From positions 160,001-224,000 of the forward strand of contig CAXXKT010000002.1 in the NCBI GenBank assembly GCA_963662405.2: DNA of 64,000 nt, in the 5' to 3' direction. The notes beneath the pieces were generated by a model. It saw nothing but the letters and a program-made list of their open reading frames with translations, searched no databases and was not told the DNA's origin. Position numbers and translations under genes: made by a program. Every line of letters starts with the position of its first letter. Positions within the stretch are counted from its first letter, which is position 1. Shown piece by piece: positions 30,926 through 41,911 of this stretch. The DNA comes from Syntrophales bacterium. Its GTDB lineage: Bacteria > Desulfobacterota > Syntrophia > Syntrophales > UBA2210.

Positions 30926-32644
30926 ATGAAGAAATATCCGGGCAAGAAGGACGACATCTCGATCGTGCTGTGTGCGGAGGCCGGGCAAGGAATCCAAACG
31001 ATCGAGCTGCTCCTGACGCATGCATTCAAACATGCGGGGTATCATCTCTTTTCCACCAAGGAATATATGTCGCGGGTTCGCGGGGGGAGCAATTCGACCC
31101 AGCTGCGGGTTTCATCGCAACCGGTCCGGACGCACCGAAGCACAATCGACATTCTCTTTCCCTTGAACAGCGAAGCGCTGAAACATGTCGAGCACCGGAT
31201 TACATCAGAGACCATCATTCTGGGGGATCAAGAAGGACTCTTTAACTCGGGAGATAATAAGATAGAGGTAATAAATGTCCCCCTGTCGGCAATCAGCGCA
31301 GAGATCGGAGGGGCCATATATGCCAACGCTATCGTCTCCGGAGTCATCGCGGCTCTTTTCAGTATCGACATGGAAGGTATCATCGATGATCTGAAGGAAC
31401 TGTTTTTTGAAACGGATAAAACGGTTACAACCCACAACATCCGTGCGGTCAAACGCGGATATGAAATCGGCGGCAACCTGAAACAATCCGGGACTATATC
31501 GATCAACATCAGGAAAGATCCGCAGGTCGCAGGTCAAATCATCATGAACGGTGGGGAGGCGGTGGGGATCGGGGCGCTCGCCGGCGGATGCGATTTCATC
31601 TCTTCTTACCCCATGACACCCGCAACGTCCGTCTTGACTTTTCTTGCACGACAATCGAAGAAATTCGGTATTATTGCGGAACAAGCGGAGGACGAAATAG
31701 CGGCGATCAATATGGCTATCGGCGCATGGTATGCAGGGGGGCGTGCGATAGTAACAACATCGGGTGGGGGATTCGCCCTTATGACCGAGGGATTGAGCCT
31801 TGCAGGGGCTATCGAATCTCCACTCGTGATTCACTTGGCACAAAGACCGGGGCCGGCAACGGGCCTGCCGACAAGAACGGAACAGGGAGACCTTGAACTG
31901 GCTTTGTATGCCGGGCACGGGGAGTTTCCGCGTGTCATCTTCGCTCCGGGGAATATCGAGGAAGCCTTCAAGCTGACGGCCCGGGCCTTCAACCTCGCCG
32001 ATAGGTACCAGATACCGGTGGTTATCCTGACCGATCAGTATCTCATTGATTCCTATTACAACATACCGAGAATAGATATATCGAGTTTCGAGATCGAACG
32101 TCATGTCGTCCAAGCGGATGGGGGATACAGACGCTATGCGCTGACAGAAAGCGGCGTCTCTCCCCGGGGTGTTCCGGGAAACGGTGAGGGGCTCGTCGTG
32201 GTCGACAGCGATGAACATGACGAGGAAGGGCACCTGACGGAGAATCATGACATGAGGGTCCGGATGGTGGACAAACGCCTCAGGAAACGCTCCCTGCTGG
32301 CCCAGGAGGCACCTCTGCCCGGTCTTTCGGGCAAGATCGAGGGCACTACCATGATCGTATGCTGGGGATCGCTTCTGGAAATCGTACGTGAAGCAGTCAC
32401 GCGTATCGGAGGCAATGATCTTTCGTTTGTCCACTTCAGTCAGGTCTATCCCCTTCACCCCGATACCGGCCAGATGCTGACAAGGCCGGATCGTCTGATC
32501 ATTGTTGAGAATAACGCGACATCCCAGTTCGCACGATTGCTGAAGCTATACACCGGTATCGACATCAAGACGCGTATCACCGCTTACAGTGGTCTCGCAC
32601 TCACCGTGGAGGACTTGGAGAGCAGGTTACGCGATGTATTGTAG
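30926..32644 (+). CDS. korA: 2-oxoacid:ferredoxin oxidoreductase alpha subunit (gamma-alpha fusion)
   Basis: [45 protein letters not shown]; substrate not determinable. Confidence 0.88.
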   Translation: MKKYPGKKDDISIVLCAEAGQGIQTIELLLTHAFKHAGYHLFSTKEYMSRVRGGSNSTQLRVSSQPVRTHRSTIDILFPLNSEALKHVEHRITSETIILGDQEGLFNSGDNKIEVINVPLSAISAEIGGAIYANAIVSGVIAALFSIDMEGIIDDLKELFFETDKTVTTHNIRAVKRGYEIGGNLKQSGTISINIRKDPQVAGQIIMNGGEAVGIGALAGGCDFISSYPMTPATSVLTFLARQSKKFGIIAEQAEDEIAAINMAIGAWYAGGRAIVTTSGGGFALMTEGLSLAGAIESPLVIHLAQRPGPATGLPTRTEQGDLELALYAGHGEFPRVIFAPGNIEEAFKLTARAFNLADRYQIPVVILTDQYLIDSYYNIPRIDISSFEIERHVVQADGGYRRYALTESGVSPRGVPGNGEGLVVVDSDEHDEEGHLTENHDMRVRMVDKRLRKRSLLAQEAPLPGLSGKIEGTTMIVCWGSLLEIVREAVTRIGGNDLSFVHFSQVYPLHPDTGQMLTRPDRLIIVENNATSQFARLLKLYTGIDIKTRITAYSGLALTVEDLESRLRDVL

Positions 32645-32658
32645 CTCAGGGAGGAATC

Positions 32659-33522
32659 ATGGATACGACTGCCTACAGCATGGGCGATCTTGATATCGCC
32701 TGGTGCCCCGGATGCGGCAACTTCGGCATCCTGAAGGCCCTGGTACAGGCCCTCGCGGAGATGGAGATCACACCCGAGAGGCTGGTAATGGTTTCGGGGA
32801 TCGGACAGGCTGCAAAGTTACCTCACTACATGAAATGTCACGTCTTCAATGGACTGCACGGGAGGGCGCTGCCAGTCGCCGTGGCCATTAAGGCCGTCAA
32901 TCCCCAGCTTTTCGTTATCGCTGAGAGCGGCGACGGCGATATGTACGGTGAGGGCGGAAATCATTTTCTCGCCACGATCCGGAGAAATCCGAACATCACT
33001 AATATCGTCCACAACAATATGGTCTATGGTCTGACAAAAGGACAGGCGTCACCTACAAGCCAGAGGGGTTTCGTGACACCGGTGCAGGGGGACGGCGTTA
33101 TCCTCGAGCCGTTCAACCCGATCACCGTTGCGATAGCCCTCGACGCATCATTCGTAGCGCGGACCTTTATCGGTGACATTGACATGACAAAAGAGATCAT
33201 CAAAGAAGCCGTATCCCACCGCGGATACGCACTCGTTGATATTTTTCAACCGTGCGTCTCGTTTAATAAAATCAATACGTATAAGTGGTTCAAGGATCAC
33301 ACCTATTACCTGGAAGATTCGTACGACCCCACGGACAAGATTCGGGCATTTGAAAAGGCGGTGGAATCGACAAAGTTCCCTCTCGGTATTCTCTATACCC
33401 GTGCCAAGACACCAACCTTTGAGGAAAGCCTCATAACCTATGACGAAGATAGCACCCCGATTGTAAAACGTGAAAGAAACCTCTCAAGACTGCAACAGTT
33501 CATCGACACCAAGAGAGACTAA
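32659..33522 (+). CDS. korB: 2-oxoacid:ferredoxin oxidoreductase beta subunit
   Basis: [37 protein letters not shown]. Confidence 0.88.
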   Translation: MDTTAYSMGDLDIAWCPGCGNFGILKALVQALAEMEITPERLVMVSGIGQAAKLPHYMKCHVFNGLHGRALPVAVAIKAVNPQLFVIAESGDGDMYGEGGNHFLATIRRNPNITNIVHNNMVYGLTKGQASPTSQRGFVTPVQGDGVILEPFNPITVAIALDASFVARTFIGDIDMTKEIIKEAVSHRGYALVDIFQPCVSFNKINTYKWFKDHTYYLEDSYDPTDKIRAFEKAVESTKFPLGILYTRAKTPTFEESLITYDEDSTPIVKRERNLSRLQQFIDTKRD

Positions 33523-33638
33523 TACCACGCGATGAGATTCCTGCACGGTAAAACCGACGGATAGGCACGAAATGGAACGTGAAACAAGCCGACCTAAAAA
33601 ACGGGGGATCAGGATTCAGGGTTTGTTCCTACGCGGCG

Positions 33639-34850
33639 CTATATTGAAGTGCCCGTCTTTGGTTTCCGGCGGTGGGACGATCGATGGGGTCTTCTCTTCT
33701 TGTGGGATTCCACCAGTCCCTTGGAACCAGCGTCACCTTGGAGAGGATCCTTCCCTATCCAGAGAGGAACGATCCTTTGCCTTCGGATAAGCGACCGGAG
33801 ACTGGGGAGATCACGCTTGGTCAAGAAGGTAAGGGCTTTCCCTTTTCTCCCCATTCTTCCCGACCGTCCGGTGCGGTGAGTGTACTGCTCCCCATCCCCC
33901 GGGAAATCCCAGTTTATGACGTGCGAGACATTGGAAAAGTCCAGTCCCCTGCCGGCAACATCGGTAGCGATCAGGTAACGAACCTTGTTGTTCCGATAAT
34001 GGCGGTAAATGGAAGATCGTTTATCCTGGCTCAGACCTGCGTGGATATACTCTATATCCTTAAAGTCTCGTCTCATATTCTTGAAAAGGGCATCCACCTT
34101 ATGACGGGCGTTGCAGAAAATGATCGCCTGGGTGATATCCTCCTCTTCAAGATACCGGACCAGTTCAGCCTCTTTGTTTTTCGAGGGAAGGTATTCAAAA
34201 TAGTGTTCAATCGTCTCGGGGGATGGCCTGTCGTCAATCAGAGAGATATGCTGCGGGTTGTGGAGGGTCTTGTCAACCAGTTTCTTTATATCATCGTCCA
34301 TGGTAGCTGCGAAGAGAAGCGTCTGGTGCTCCTGAAGGATACATGACATGATAAATTCCACATCTTCCAGGAAACCTATCTTCAACAGTTCATCGGCTTC
34401 GTCCAGTATGACACACTTTACATGGGAGAGATTGACCACCCCGTCATACATAAGGTCGATCAATCGTCCAGGGGTCGCTACCAAGATATGGACCTTGTGA
34501 TTCAGTTTCGCTACCTGAATCCCTTTACTGAACCCTCCATACACTGCGAAAGGAACGACTTCTGTCTTGAGCGCTATTTTATGTATCTCATCAACATACT
34601 GGAGACATAATTCACGAGTCGGAACGATCACGAGGGCCTGGAGGGCGTTGAGGGTTGTATCAACCTTCTGAATAAGCGGGATCGCACAGGCAGCCGTCTT
34701 GCCGGAACCGGTCTCTGCAAGGGAACACAGATCCACGCCGGCGGAAATAACCGGATACGACGCCTCCTGAATGGGCGTCATTTCATCGTACCCCATATTC
34801 ACGATTGCTTCGAAGATTGTGGGGGGAAGGTTTAATTCGCTGAATTTCAT
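33639..34850 (-). CDS. DEAD-box RNA helicase
   Basis: TPIQ, AETGSGKT, PTREL, TPGR, DEAD, HRTGRSGR. Confidence 0.95.
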   Translation of the reverse strand: MKFSELNLPPTIFEAIVNMGYDEMTPIQEASYPVISAGVDLCSLAETGSGKTAACAIPLIQKVDTTLNALQALVIVPTRELCLQYVDEIHKIALKTEVVPFAVYGGFSKGIQVAKLNHKVHILVATPGRLIDLMYDGVVNLSHVKCVILDEADELLKIGFLEDVEFIMSCILQEHQTLLFAATMDDDIKKLVDKTLHNPQHISLIDDRPSPETIEHYFEYLPSKNKEAELVRYLEEEDITQAIIFCNARHKVDALFKNMRRDFKDIEYIHAGLSQDKRSSIYRHYRNNKVRYLIATDVAGRGLDFSNVSHVINWDFPGDGEQYTHRTGRSGRMGRKGKALTFLTKRDLPSLRSLIRRQRIVPLWIGKDPLQGDAGSKGLVESHKKRRPHRSSHRRKPKTGTSI

Positions 34851-35459
34851 GTACTGGCTCTCATCGGGAGGTACTATACCTGATCATATTCCATTTATCA
34901 ACATAATTATCGGACCCGAAGTATCGTCCGCCTAAACCATAAAAAAGACATTCCATTACAAAGAGTTATGAATAAGAAGCCCTTTCTGATCATACCGTCC
35001 CCATGAACATCAGCTCCGCATGGGAGATGTCTCCATCCGTCATAGACTGAATACTCATACCCATCTTCGGGTCCCAGTCGATCCGATCTCAGATCCGGCG
35101 AATCGATTCCTCGTCACCGGCACCCCCTGTGACATATACCCCGTCAGTATAGTTTCTCCCCGGCGACCATTTCGAATCGCATGTATTGAATAGCGACACA
35201 CCTGACCTTCCTTCCCGGAATGATTTTACCGCGACGGAGGTTTCATGTAACAACTCCGCAGGCACGATGGTTTCACGAAACAGGGCAAGGCGCAGCTCTT
35301 CCTCGATGTCGGGAGATCGCATGGCCAGGTCCCTTTGTTTGACACTGCAGCAGACTTGACCCGATAGTACGTTTGCCTTTTGATGCCGTTGGGCCCCTTT
35401 CGGAGGAATATCTTGTATAACGCAATATGTGATACCCCCTTCCGATCTGGGAGTGTTCT

Positions 35460-36510
35460 TTCAACCCAAGAGTATCGCCGATATCGGCGTCCCCCGGAGA
35501 GTCTCCACCTTCGGGCAAATGAGTTTCCCGGATCACTTTCTCATGGGGCCGAGGTGGATGGTGCCCTCCTGCCCGTCCGAAAGCTGACAGCAGGGAGGAC
35601 CATCCCGGGAAAGGAGAATCCTGCCGGCATTATCTCTTGAAGCGGTGGCATCAGACAGCGGCTGACCGGGCAGGTCTCCTCCCTGGGGATGGAATCGGAA
35701 AAACAGCCACCATCGGGAATACTATTGTTCTTGAATGCACCGGTTTTATTGAACATATGGCCGGCGATAAAGATATCAATCTCATCGCGATGTATCTGGA
35801 GAGTGTCCGGGATGGGAGGTGTTTCTTCCGTCTTACACGAACCCTCTCTCCCCGGGAACCTACTATTCCCCTCAAAGGGGGAGAGACAGCGGTCGGGGCT
35901 GCAATGGTAGTCTCCCATACGGGGAAATATAGGGGGGAATCGGCATCTTTAAAATTTTTATTTACAACGACCGGCGTCACACCCGTATCCTATGCATCAA
36001 CGAGTGGGCCGATGCGATACTGGCCTTTCCATACCTTCCGAAGACGGGGGAGACAGTCTCTTCATCTTCCAGACGGCACCGTCAGAGAGGGTTTTACCAT
36101 CCCACCGCTTTCACGACAGGGCATGGAGAAGATCAAACCCATCGTTCCTCCGGCGGGAAACAGTACCGGCAATCATCTTGATCTCTGGGAATCATTCAGA
36201 AACGCAAACCGCCTGTGTGATCTTCTCAATACGGTGTCGCGTGACCCCCAGATTCATATGGTGATCGTTGATCGTCCGCTCCCGCGAATCGGCTTTCACC
36301 GCGCCGAGATACCCGATCCGGCCCCCCGGATTATCGATTTTATCCGTACCTATAAGGAACCGAAACCAACCGTCTTCACCGTCGACTATGACGGAGACGA
36401 CCGTGACCTAAGCACGAAGGGCACAGCACTCAGACAGAGATTCTATGAAGCGGCAACTCCCGCCTACCCTTCTTTTGAACGAGGGATCCGCGCGGTTTTA
36501 CCTTTAGGAA
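35460..36510 (+). pseudogene. decayed CoA-binding alpha subunit of an ADP-forming acyl-CoA ligase
   Basis: FQPKSIADIGVP; GIIS*SGG; frameshift to IGKTATIGN; MYLESVRDG; LKGG..SHTG; NHLDLW; AYPSFERG; large internal deletions; ends approximate. Confidence 0.8.
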
Positions 36511-36545
36511 ATACCCCCATCATCTGGCGAATAGACCATGAAAGA

Positions 36546-37328
36546 TCAACACCTTTTCGCGAGGGCGTAGACCCGATAATTGTAAGGATTAGTAAATCCG
36601 AGACGTTCATAGACCGGCCTTCCCATCTTGGTCGCCTGAAGGCTTGCAATTGTGCACCCTTTATCCCTCCCCACCAGGACGGCATGACGAGTCATCGCCG
36701 CACCGAAACCGTGTCTCCGGTATTTATCGAGAGTGGCGACCCAGTATATTCCCGCGATTGGTCCGGTCTTTATCAGCATCGATGTGGATGCGGGTTTGCC
36801 GTTGACATACCCGATAAAAAGCTCGGTATCGGGAAGAGCGCATACCCGTTCAGTGATCAGCAAGGGCCCAACCTTGTTGGGAAAAGAGAAGCCGGCTGCG
36901 ACCGTTTCCTGGAAGTGGACCAGTTCTTCGGGGGTAACAACTCTCTTAATAACCAGGGGGGTCCCCTCCTCGCTTTTCACGACCAGATCGGACAGGGTCA
37001 TCACCGCCTCGGGATCGATTTCTTCATATCCCCTCTCCTTCAACAGAGGTGCATATCCACCTTCCAATCCCGGGCTGAATAGGACACGAAAAGGAAGACC
37101 ACGGGATTCGAAGAACTGTTCCCATTTTCGGACCACTTTTTCCGGCTTCGAAGCTTTCCTCTTAACGAATACGATGTTGTATAACTTGTTGGGAACCCCG
37201 GTGCTCACCATCCCGATATTGTAGCTATCGAGAAACTCGCCGAGAACGGAATTCGACATCAAAAGCCCCATGGAAAGCAGACAATTATGGTCTATTAATT
37301 GTTGTTGTTTATTTATGTCAGACACCAT
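36546..37328 (-). CDS. GNAT N-acetyltransferase
   Basis: AGIYWVATLDKYRRHGFG, LQATKMGRPVYERLGF. Confidence 0.88.
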   Translation of the reverse strand: MVSDINKQQQLIDHNCLLSMGLLMSNSVLGEFLDSYNIGMVSTGVPNKLYNIVFVKRKASKPEKVVRKWEQFFESRGLPFRVLFSPGLEGGYAPLLKERGYEEIDPEAVMTLSDLVVKSEEGTPLVIKRVVTPEELVHFQETVAAGFSFPNKVGPLLITERVCALPDTELFIGYVNGKPASTSMLIKTGPIAGIYWVATLDKYRRHGFGAAMTRHAVLVGRDKGCTIASLQATKMGRPVYERLGFTNPYNYRVYALAKRC

Positions 37329-37830
37329 CTGAAATATTCCCCTTGATTCGATATGATAAAAAGGTTACCAGAAATGGCAGGTGAACAAATTCCTTCGTCT
37401 CGCCCTCGGCAAATCCTATCCTCCGATACCACTCCTTCAGTTCCGCCTGTGCGGCGATGATTCCGATCCCTACCCGACAATCGTTGCCCACACACCTTGC
37501 CTGCGCCAGGACATGCTCGACCAGTACCCTTCCCAGGCCGCACCGCCGCCGCTCAGGGAGAACCGCAAGACGCTCGAGATAGAACTCCTCAATATTCGCC
37601 TGCTCAAAGGCCACACATCCCAGGGCCTCATCGCCATCATCGAGGACATAATATGTAACGCCACGCTCCATATCGCCTTGCACCCGCTCAGCGATGCAAT
37701 TTGAGGGATGACGGGGGCAATTCTCCGGAGTCAGGCTGAAGCGATCCGCCACGTCCCGAAAGGATGCGCGGATAATCCCTGTGAGGATATCGATATCTTC
37801 CCACCCACACGTCCGTATTGTATAATTCAT
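37318..37830 (-). CDS. GNAT N-acetyltransferase
   Basis: LERLAVLPERRRCGLG, WYRRIGF. Confidence 0.88.
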   Translation of the reverse strand: MNYTIRTCGWEDIDILTGIIRASFRDVADRFSLTPENCPRHPSNCIAERVQGDMERGVTYYVLDDGDEALGCVAFEQANIEEFYLERLAVLPERRRCGLGRVLVEHVLAQARCVGNDCRVGIGIIAAQAELKEWYRRIGFAEGETKEFVHLPFLVTFLSYRIKGNISDGV

Positions 37831-37901
37831 ACTTGGTATTGTGCTCCCGTTTTCAAGAACACGCGGGACGCTCTTTTGCTTTTCCCCAGGACCGAGCAGG
37901 T

Positions 37902-38051
37902 TCAGTTGTGCAACCAGGAATCCGCAATTGCATCTATGCGACTCGCCTTCGTATTCAGATAGGGAATCCCTTCGTACGCTTCTTCAGCAAGAATCAACGG
38001 CAGTTCAGTACATCCAAGGATAATGCCTTTTATTGATTCATTGTCTCTCAT
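37902..38051 (-). pseudogene. C-terminal fragment of an aspartate/glutamate racemase
   Basis: Hand translation MRDNESIKGIILGCTELPLILAEEAYEGIPYLNT..., 49 aa, too short for the ORF track. Confidence 0.8.
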
Positions 38052-38114
38052 CTTTACACTGCATATACCAACAGTAACAACAGATGTGACGCTTCAGCCG
38101 TTGCGTCCGATCTA

Positions 38115-38630
38115 TTATCGCTTATTATCGCTGGATTCTTGAAGGTCCTGCTGGCAGGCCTTCTCCTTTTGTCTCTCCTCAAGGCGCATCTTTCTCCGTG
38201 CCTTTGCCTCCCGGTTTCGACGAGCCTGCTCATCCGTCTCCAGGATAAGAGAGGGAATCTCAACCGGTCTTCCATCCGGGCCGAGCGCTACCATGGTCAG
38301 ATATGCTGAAGCGGTATGCCGAACCCTGCCGGAGACCAGATTCTCTGTTTGCACCCTGACGCCGACCTCCATGGAGGTTCTCCCCACCATATTAAGACCC
38401 GCCTTGAGGGTCAAGAGGTCTCCGATGAACACGGGGCTGTGAAAATCAAGGCGGTCAATTGATGCCGTAACGGCATTGGCCCGTGCGTGCCTTACCCCGA
38501 CGGCACCCGCTGCGGTATCGATCAGTTTCATAATTGAGCCGCCATGCACATTTCCCGCAGGGTTCGCATCGAGGGGATTCATTACCTGTGACATGACGAC
38601 GCTACTTTCACCGACACGTTTTCCTTCCAT
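38115..38630 (-). CDS. acyl-CoA thioesterase (HotDog fold, YciA-like)
   Basis: DANPAGNVHGG, VTASID, VGRTSMEVGV. Confidence 0.92.
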   Translation of the reverse strand: MEGKRVGESSVVMSQVMNPLDANPAGNVHGGSIMKLIDTAAGAVGVRHARANAVTASIDRLDFHSPVFIGDLLTLKAGLNMVGRTSMEVGVRVQTENLVSGRVRHTASAYLTMVALGPDGRPVEIPSLILETDEQARRNREAKARRKMRLEERQKEKACQQDLQESSDNKR

Positions 38631-38683
38631 AACACACCTTCTCTTTCTCCAGCGAGGCCTTCCGCAGCATAACATGGAACGCC

Positions 38684-40462
38684 TTACTTGAGATAAAATC
38701 TTTTTGGATCAAAGATCCGGAGCAGTCTCAATTCATCCCTCCGAGGAGGAGAAATTCTGGCCGGGGTTCCGACCACCTTGAGATTCCACCCGCACTGTTC
38801 CCTGATATCCCTGACAGCATCTTCTGCAGATGCGAAGCCGGGGGACAGGCAGTATTTCGTCAGAGTGAACTCTTTGTCATTATCCAGCTTTTCGAAAACA
38901 CCCTGCGTGGAGACCAGACTCTTCACACGGGAGCCGGGTGCCGTGACGAACGGAACTTTTTCCAAAAAACGATCTCTCGACTGCTGCATGATTACCATAG
39001 TCTCCGCGGCCCCTGTCGCCACATCATTCGCACCTCCCGAACCGGTGAGATATACATCATTTGTGATCCAACTGGAATTGATATTACCAAATTTATCGAT
39101 TTGCCCCCCTCCAAGGATCCCGATGCACCGGTTCGTGGCCCCGCAGGTGAAGACCCCCAGTGTATCGATCGTTTCGGTCAGTATCTTGCAGGTCCCGAAA
39201 TTGCCGAAATTGAGAAGAAAGGGTTCCGCCGGTCGTGGTAAGGCCCCGAAATACCCCAGTTCCACGAGGAGTTCAACGACATAATCATCTTCCCGGAGAT
39301 GATACTTCGCCAACCAAGCCGCCAGGTTGGCCGTTCCCGCCCCGGCCAACATCGTTCGATACCCGCTGCGCAGGACACGGTCCCTGATTTCTCGCGCCGC
39401 GACGACAACCATTGTTTCGACATTGTTAGCATCTTCACTATCAGATATCGTATCCTCAAGAGCGGCAAATTGTACCCGCCAGGCATCCCGACCCGCACTT
39501 TGTTTCAACTGATTTATCCGGTCATCCCCCAGTTTGGCAATATAGTCCGTGAAGGACGGACAATCGATGACCCATTCCTTGATCCATTCATCAAGAGCCC
39601 GGGGATCTTTACACAGCCGGTTGAACCGGGTCATGAATTTGTAGTCCTCGGCATACGCCTCAAACCCTTGCATCCCCTGGTCCCAGACGCCCCCGGGATG
39701 CGCCCCGAAGGGTACCACCGATACGGAATTCACCATATATGACGGGAGTTTTACCAAGTGGGCATGCTCTCGTATAAAATCAGTGGAAACCAACTTCTCC
39801 ACAGTCACCACGACCCCTCCCCGGCTGGCCTTGGCACCCCAGAGACCCTCGCTGTAGGGAGGAGTCAGGATGGTATTTCCCGCCCGATCCGCCGCGACGC
39901 CGTGTATAATGGAGATATCGGGATTGAGAGCCTTCAGGAGACCGATTTTCCCTCCGCTGCCAAACGGATCGTCGATCACACGGAAGGAATCCTCATTCAC
40001 CTCCGCCAGGGAACTTCCGACGAGAGATGTCGTCGGCATCACCTCCAGCCCCAGGGCACCGGCCATCAGCATGAGGGGAAAGGTCAGGATCGACCAGTCT
40101 TCGAGATCGACCTCTTTCGTGGTGTAGGCCTTCTGGCAGATCGGATTCGGGCTGTACCAGGGATAGACATTCCCGGAAAAAGAGGTGATCACCTTTCCGA
40201 TCAACCCTAAGTGGAAGAGGAGTATGGCTGTATCCCGAATGCCCCTCATGATGAGGGTGAAACCGGGGCGCTGCCCGTAAAACTGCCGGGCGATTTCGAA
40301 GATAGCGGCCCCGGAGCAGCAATGGGTGGTGCCGATGTGGATCTTCCCGCCCGGCCGTACATACCGTTCAACTGCGTCCTTCAGATCAACGACCTTATCC
40401 TCGCCCTCATCTTCACCTATTGTAAGGGTACTTGCAATAAGGTTATCAAATCGGCCGATCAT
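38684..40462 (-). CDS. family I CoA-transferase, fused A+B subunits (glutaconate CoA-transferase-like)
   Basis: PDISIIHG..ADRAGN, VPFGAHP (A half); VELG, GQIDKFGNINSS, LTGSGGANDV (B half). Confidence 0.85.
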   Translation of the reverse strand: MIGRFDNLIASTLTIGEDEGEDKVVDLKDAVERYVRPGGKIHIGTTHCCSGAAIFEIARQFYGQRPGFTLIMRGIRDTAILLFHLGLIGKVITSFSGNVYPWYSPNPICQKAYTTKEVDLEDWSILTFPLMLMAGALGLEVMPTTSLVGSSLAEVNEDSFRVIDDPFGSGGKIGLLKALNPDISIIHGVAADRAGNTILTPPYSEGLWGAKASRGGVVVTVEKLVSTDFIREHAHLVKLPSYMVNSVSVVPFGAHPGGVWDQGMQGFEAYAEDYKFMTRFNRLCKDPRALDEWIKEWVIDCPSFTDYIAKLGDDRINQLKQSAGRDAWRVQFAALEDTISDSEDANNVETMVVVAAREIRDRVLRSGYRTMLAGAGTANLAAWLAKYHLREDDYVVELLVELGYFGALPRPAEPFLLNFGNFGTCKILTETIDTLGVFTCGATNRCIGILGGGQIDKFGNINSSWITNDVYLTGSGGANDVATGAAETMVIMQQSRDRFLEKVPFVTAPGSRVKSLVSTQGVFEKLDNDKEFTLTKYCLSPGFASAEDAVRDIREQCGWNLKVVGTPARISPPRRDELRLLRIFDPKRFYLK

Positions 40463-40545
40463 GCCTCCTACCCCTCTCCTCATTAACAAAAGGAGGTTTA
40501 CACATATCCCCGAAAATTTACAGGCCCGAACCGGCTAGCGACGAT

Positions 40546-41760
40546 TCAGTTTTTCTTCTTTTTACCCTCTGCCGCACCGGCCAGTTTTTCTTTCAGGATA
40601 TCGCCAAGCGTTCCCATCGACGTGGGGGTCTTGTGAAGGTATGATCGATAATCATCCTCTTCGCCCATCCCCGGTTCGCTCTCCCTTTTATCATCCTGTG
40701 CCGGCGTCAGAGAGAGTCGCCTTTTTCCGGAATCAACCGATTCGACGGTCACCTCTATCTTCTGTCCCTGTTCCAGAACCTCGCCGGGATGGTTGAGCCG
40801 TTTTCCGCTCCCCAGTTTTGAGATATGAATCAAACCGTCTACACCATCCTCCAGGGTCACGAAGGCACCAAACTTTGCCAGGCGTGCCACCGAGCCATGG
40901 TGGGAAGAACCGACGGGGTATTTCTCCTCAACCCGGTCCCAGGGGTCGGGGAGGGTCGCCTTGAGGCTGAATGAAACCCGGTCCCGCTCCCAATCCAGGT
41001 TCAGAATCGCCACTTCCACCTGCTGGCCAACGGACAGGGCATCATGGATATCATCGACCCGTCCCCATCCGACTTCCGAGATAGGGAGCAAACCCTGGAT
41101 ACCGCCGATATCGATAAAGGCACCGAAACCTTGAATCGATGCAACCGTCCCGGTGATCCTCATCCCCTCGGAAAGCTGTCCCTTGAGTGCCTCCTTCTTC
41201 TCGCGCTCTTCCGCCTCCAGGATCACCCGATGGGAGAGGATGACATTCCGCCCCCCTTCGCCATACTCGGTAATCATAAAGGACATTCGTTCTCCGACAT
41301 ATTCGGAGGAATTCTCGACCCTCCTGAGCCCCATCTGGGAATAGGGGCAGAATGCCCTGGTATCACCGGCGATCCGCACCTGGAAACCACCCTTTATTTC
41401 TCTTTCCACCAGCCCTTCGACGGGAATCTTACTCCCCCAGGCATGGTCAAGAAAGTTCCGCCCCGCCTGACCGGTCGTAATCCGTGTGGTAAAAAGCATC
41501 TCGCCATGCCGCGACGAAAGAAAATACGCCGCGATCGTATCACCTCTCTTGAACGGGAGTTCACCCTCTTCATCGAGAAGTTCCTTCTTATCCAGGGCCC
41601 CTTCGCTCTTACCACCAAGATCCAGGAAGACCCAATCGGATCCGATATCGACGATTCGGGCCTCTATACGCTGTCCCGGCTCCAACCGCCCGGTTCCCGC
41701 CTCGGTTTCCTTCAGGAGTTCTTCAAAGGATCGCTCTTCCTTCTTTTCCTCATTCGTCAT
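40546..41760 (-). CDS. rpsA: ribosomal protein S1-like protein, four S1 domains
   Basis: DLGGKSEG, AFCPYSQ, FGAFIDIGG..GLLPISE, FGAFV..GLIHIS; may be a paralog. Confidence 0.8.
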   Translation of the reverse strand: MTNEEKKEERSFEELLKETEAGTGRLEPGQRIEARIVDIGSDWVFLDLGGKSEGALDKKELLDEEGELPFKRGDTIAAYFLSSRHGEMLFTTRITTGQAGRNFLDHAWGSKIPVEGLVEREIKGGFQVRIAGDTRAFCPYSQMGLRRVENSSEYVGERMSFMITEYGEGGRNVILSHRVILEAEEREKKEALKGQLSEGMRITGTVASIQGFGAFIDIGGIQGLLPISEVGWGRVDDIHDALSVGQQVEVAILNLDWERDRVSFSLKATLPDPWDRVEEKYPVGSSHHGSVARLAKFGAFVTLEDGVDGLIHISKLGSGKRLNHPGEVLEQGQKIEVTVESVDSGKRRLSLTPAQDDKRESEPGMGEEDDYRSYLHKTPTSMGTLGDILKEKLAGAAEGKKKKN

Positions 41761-41852
41761 GCGTCTCTTGTCACCTCTACAGTATTTACCGTGGTCACAT
41801 ACTATATCGCCGCTTTTTTTGAAACAATAAAAAGGGCAGGCCCCCTCTTGAC

Positions 41853-41888
41853 AAAAAGGACGGGGTCACACCCTGAGATGCAACCCCG
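41853..41888 (-). terminator. intrinsic terminator
   Basis: Minus strand CGGGGTTGCA...TGTGACCCCG (two G.U pairs) followed by TCCTTTTT. Confidence 0.6.
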
Positions 41889-41911
41889 GAATATCGGACC
41901 GTCTCGCCGTA

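Noticed and set aside
31205..32458. 417-aa minus-strand ORF, and similar long antisense ORFs such as 41044-41943 and 44361-45266
   Set aside because: Shadows of well-supported genes on the opposite strand; no recognisable motifs
34960..35322. Possible further gene remnant on the minus strand
   Set aside because: Looks coding-like but I could not match a family
35638..35640. In-frame TGA as selenocysteine
   Set aside because: It replaces a conserved Gln in SQSG, and nearby frameshifts and deletions indicate decay
35637..37082. 481-aa ORF as an intact gene
   Set aside because: Pseudogene fragment reading through antisense over the GNAT at 36546-37328
2740..41888. Hairpins at 2740, 13182 and 41861 as REPs of the RAYT element
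   Set aside because: They share only a GGGG start with the TIR, differ from each other and sit at gene 3' ends like terminators
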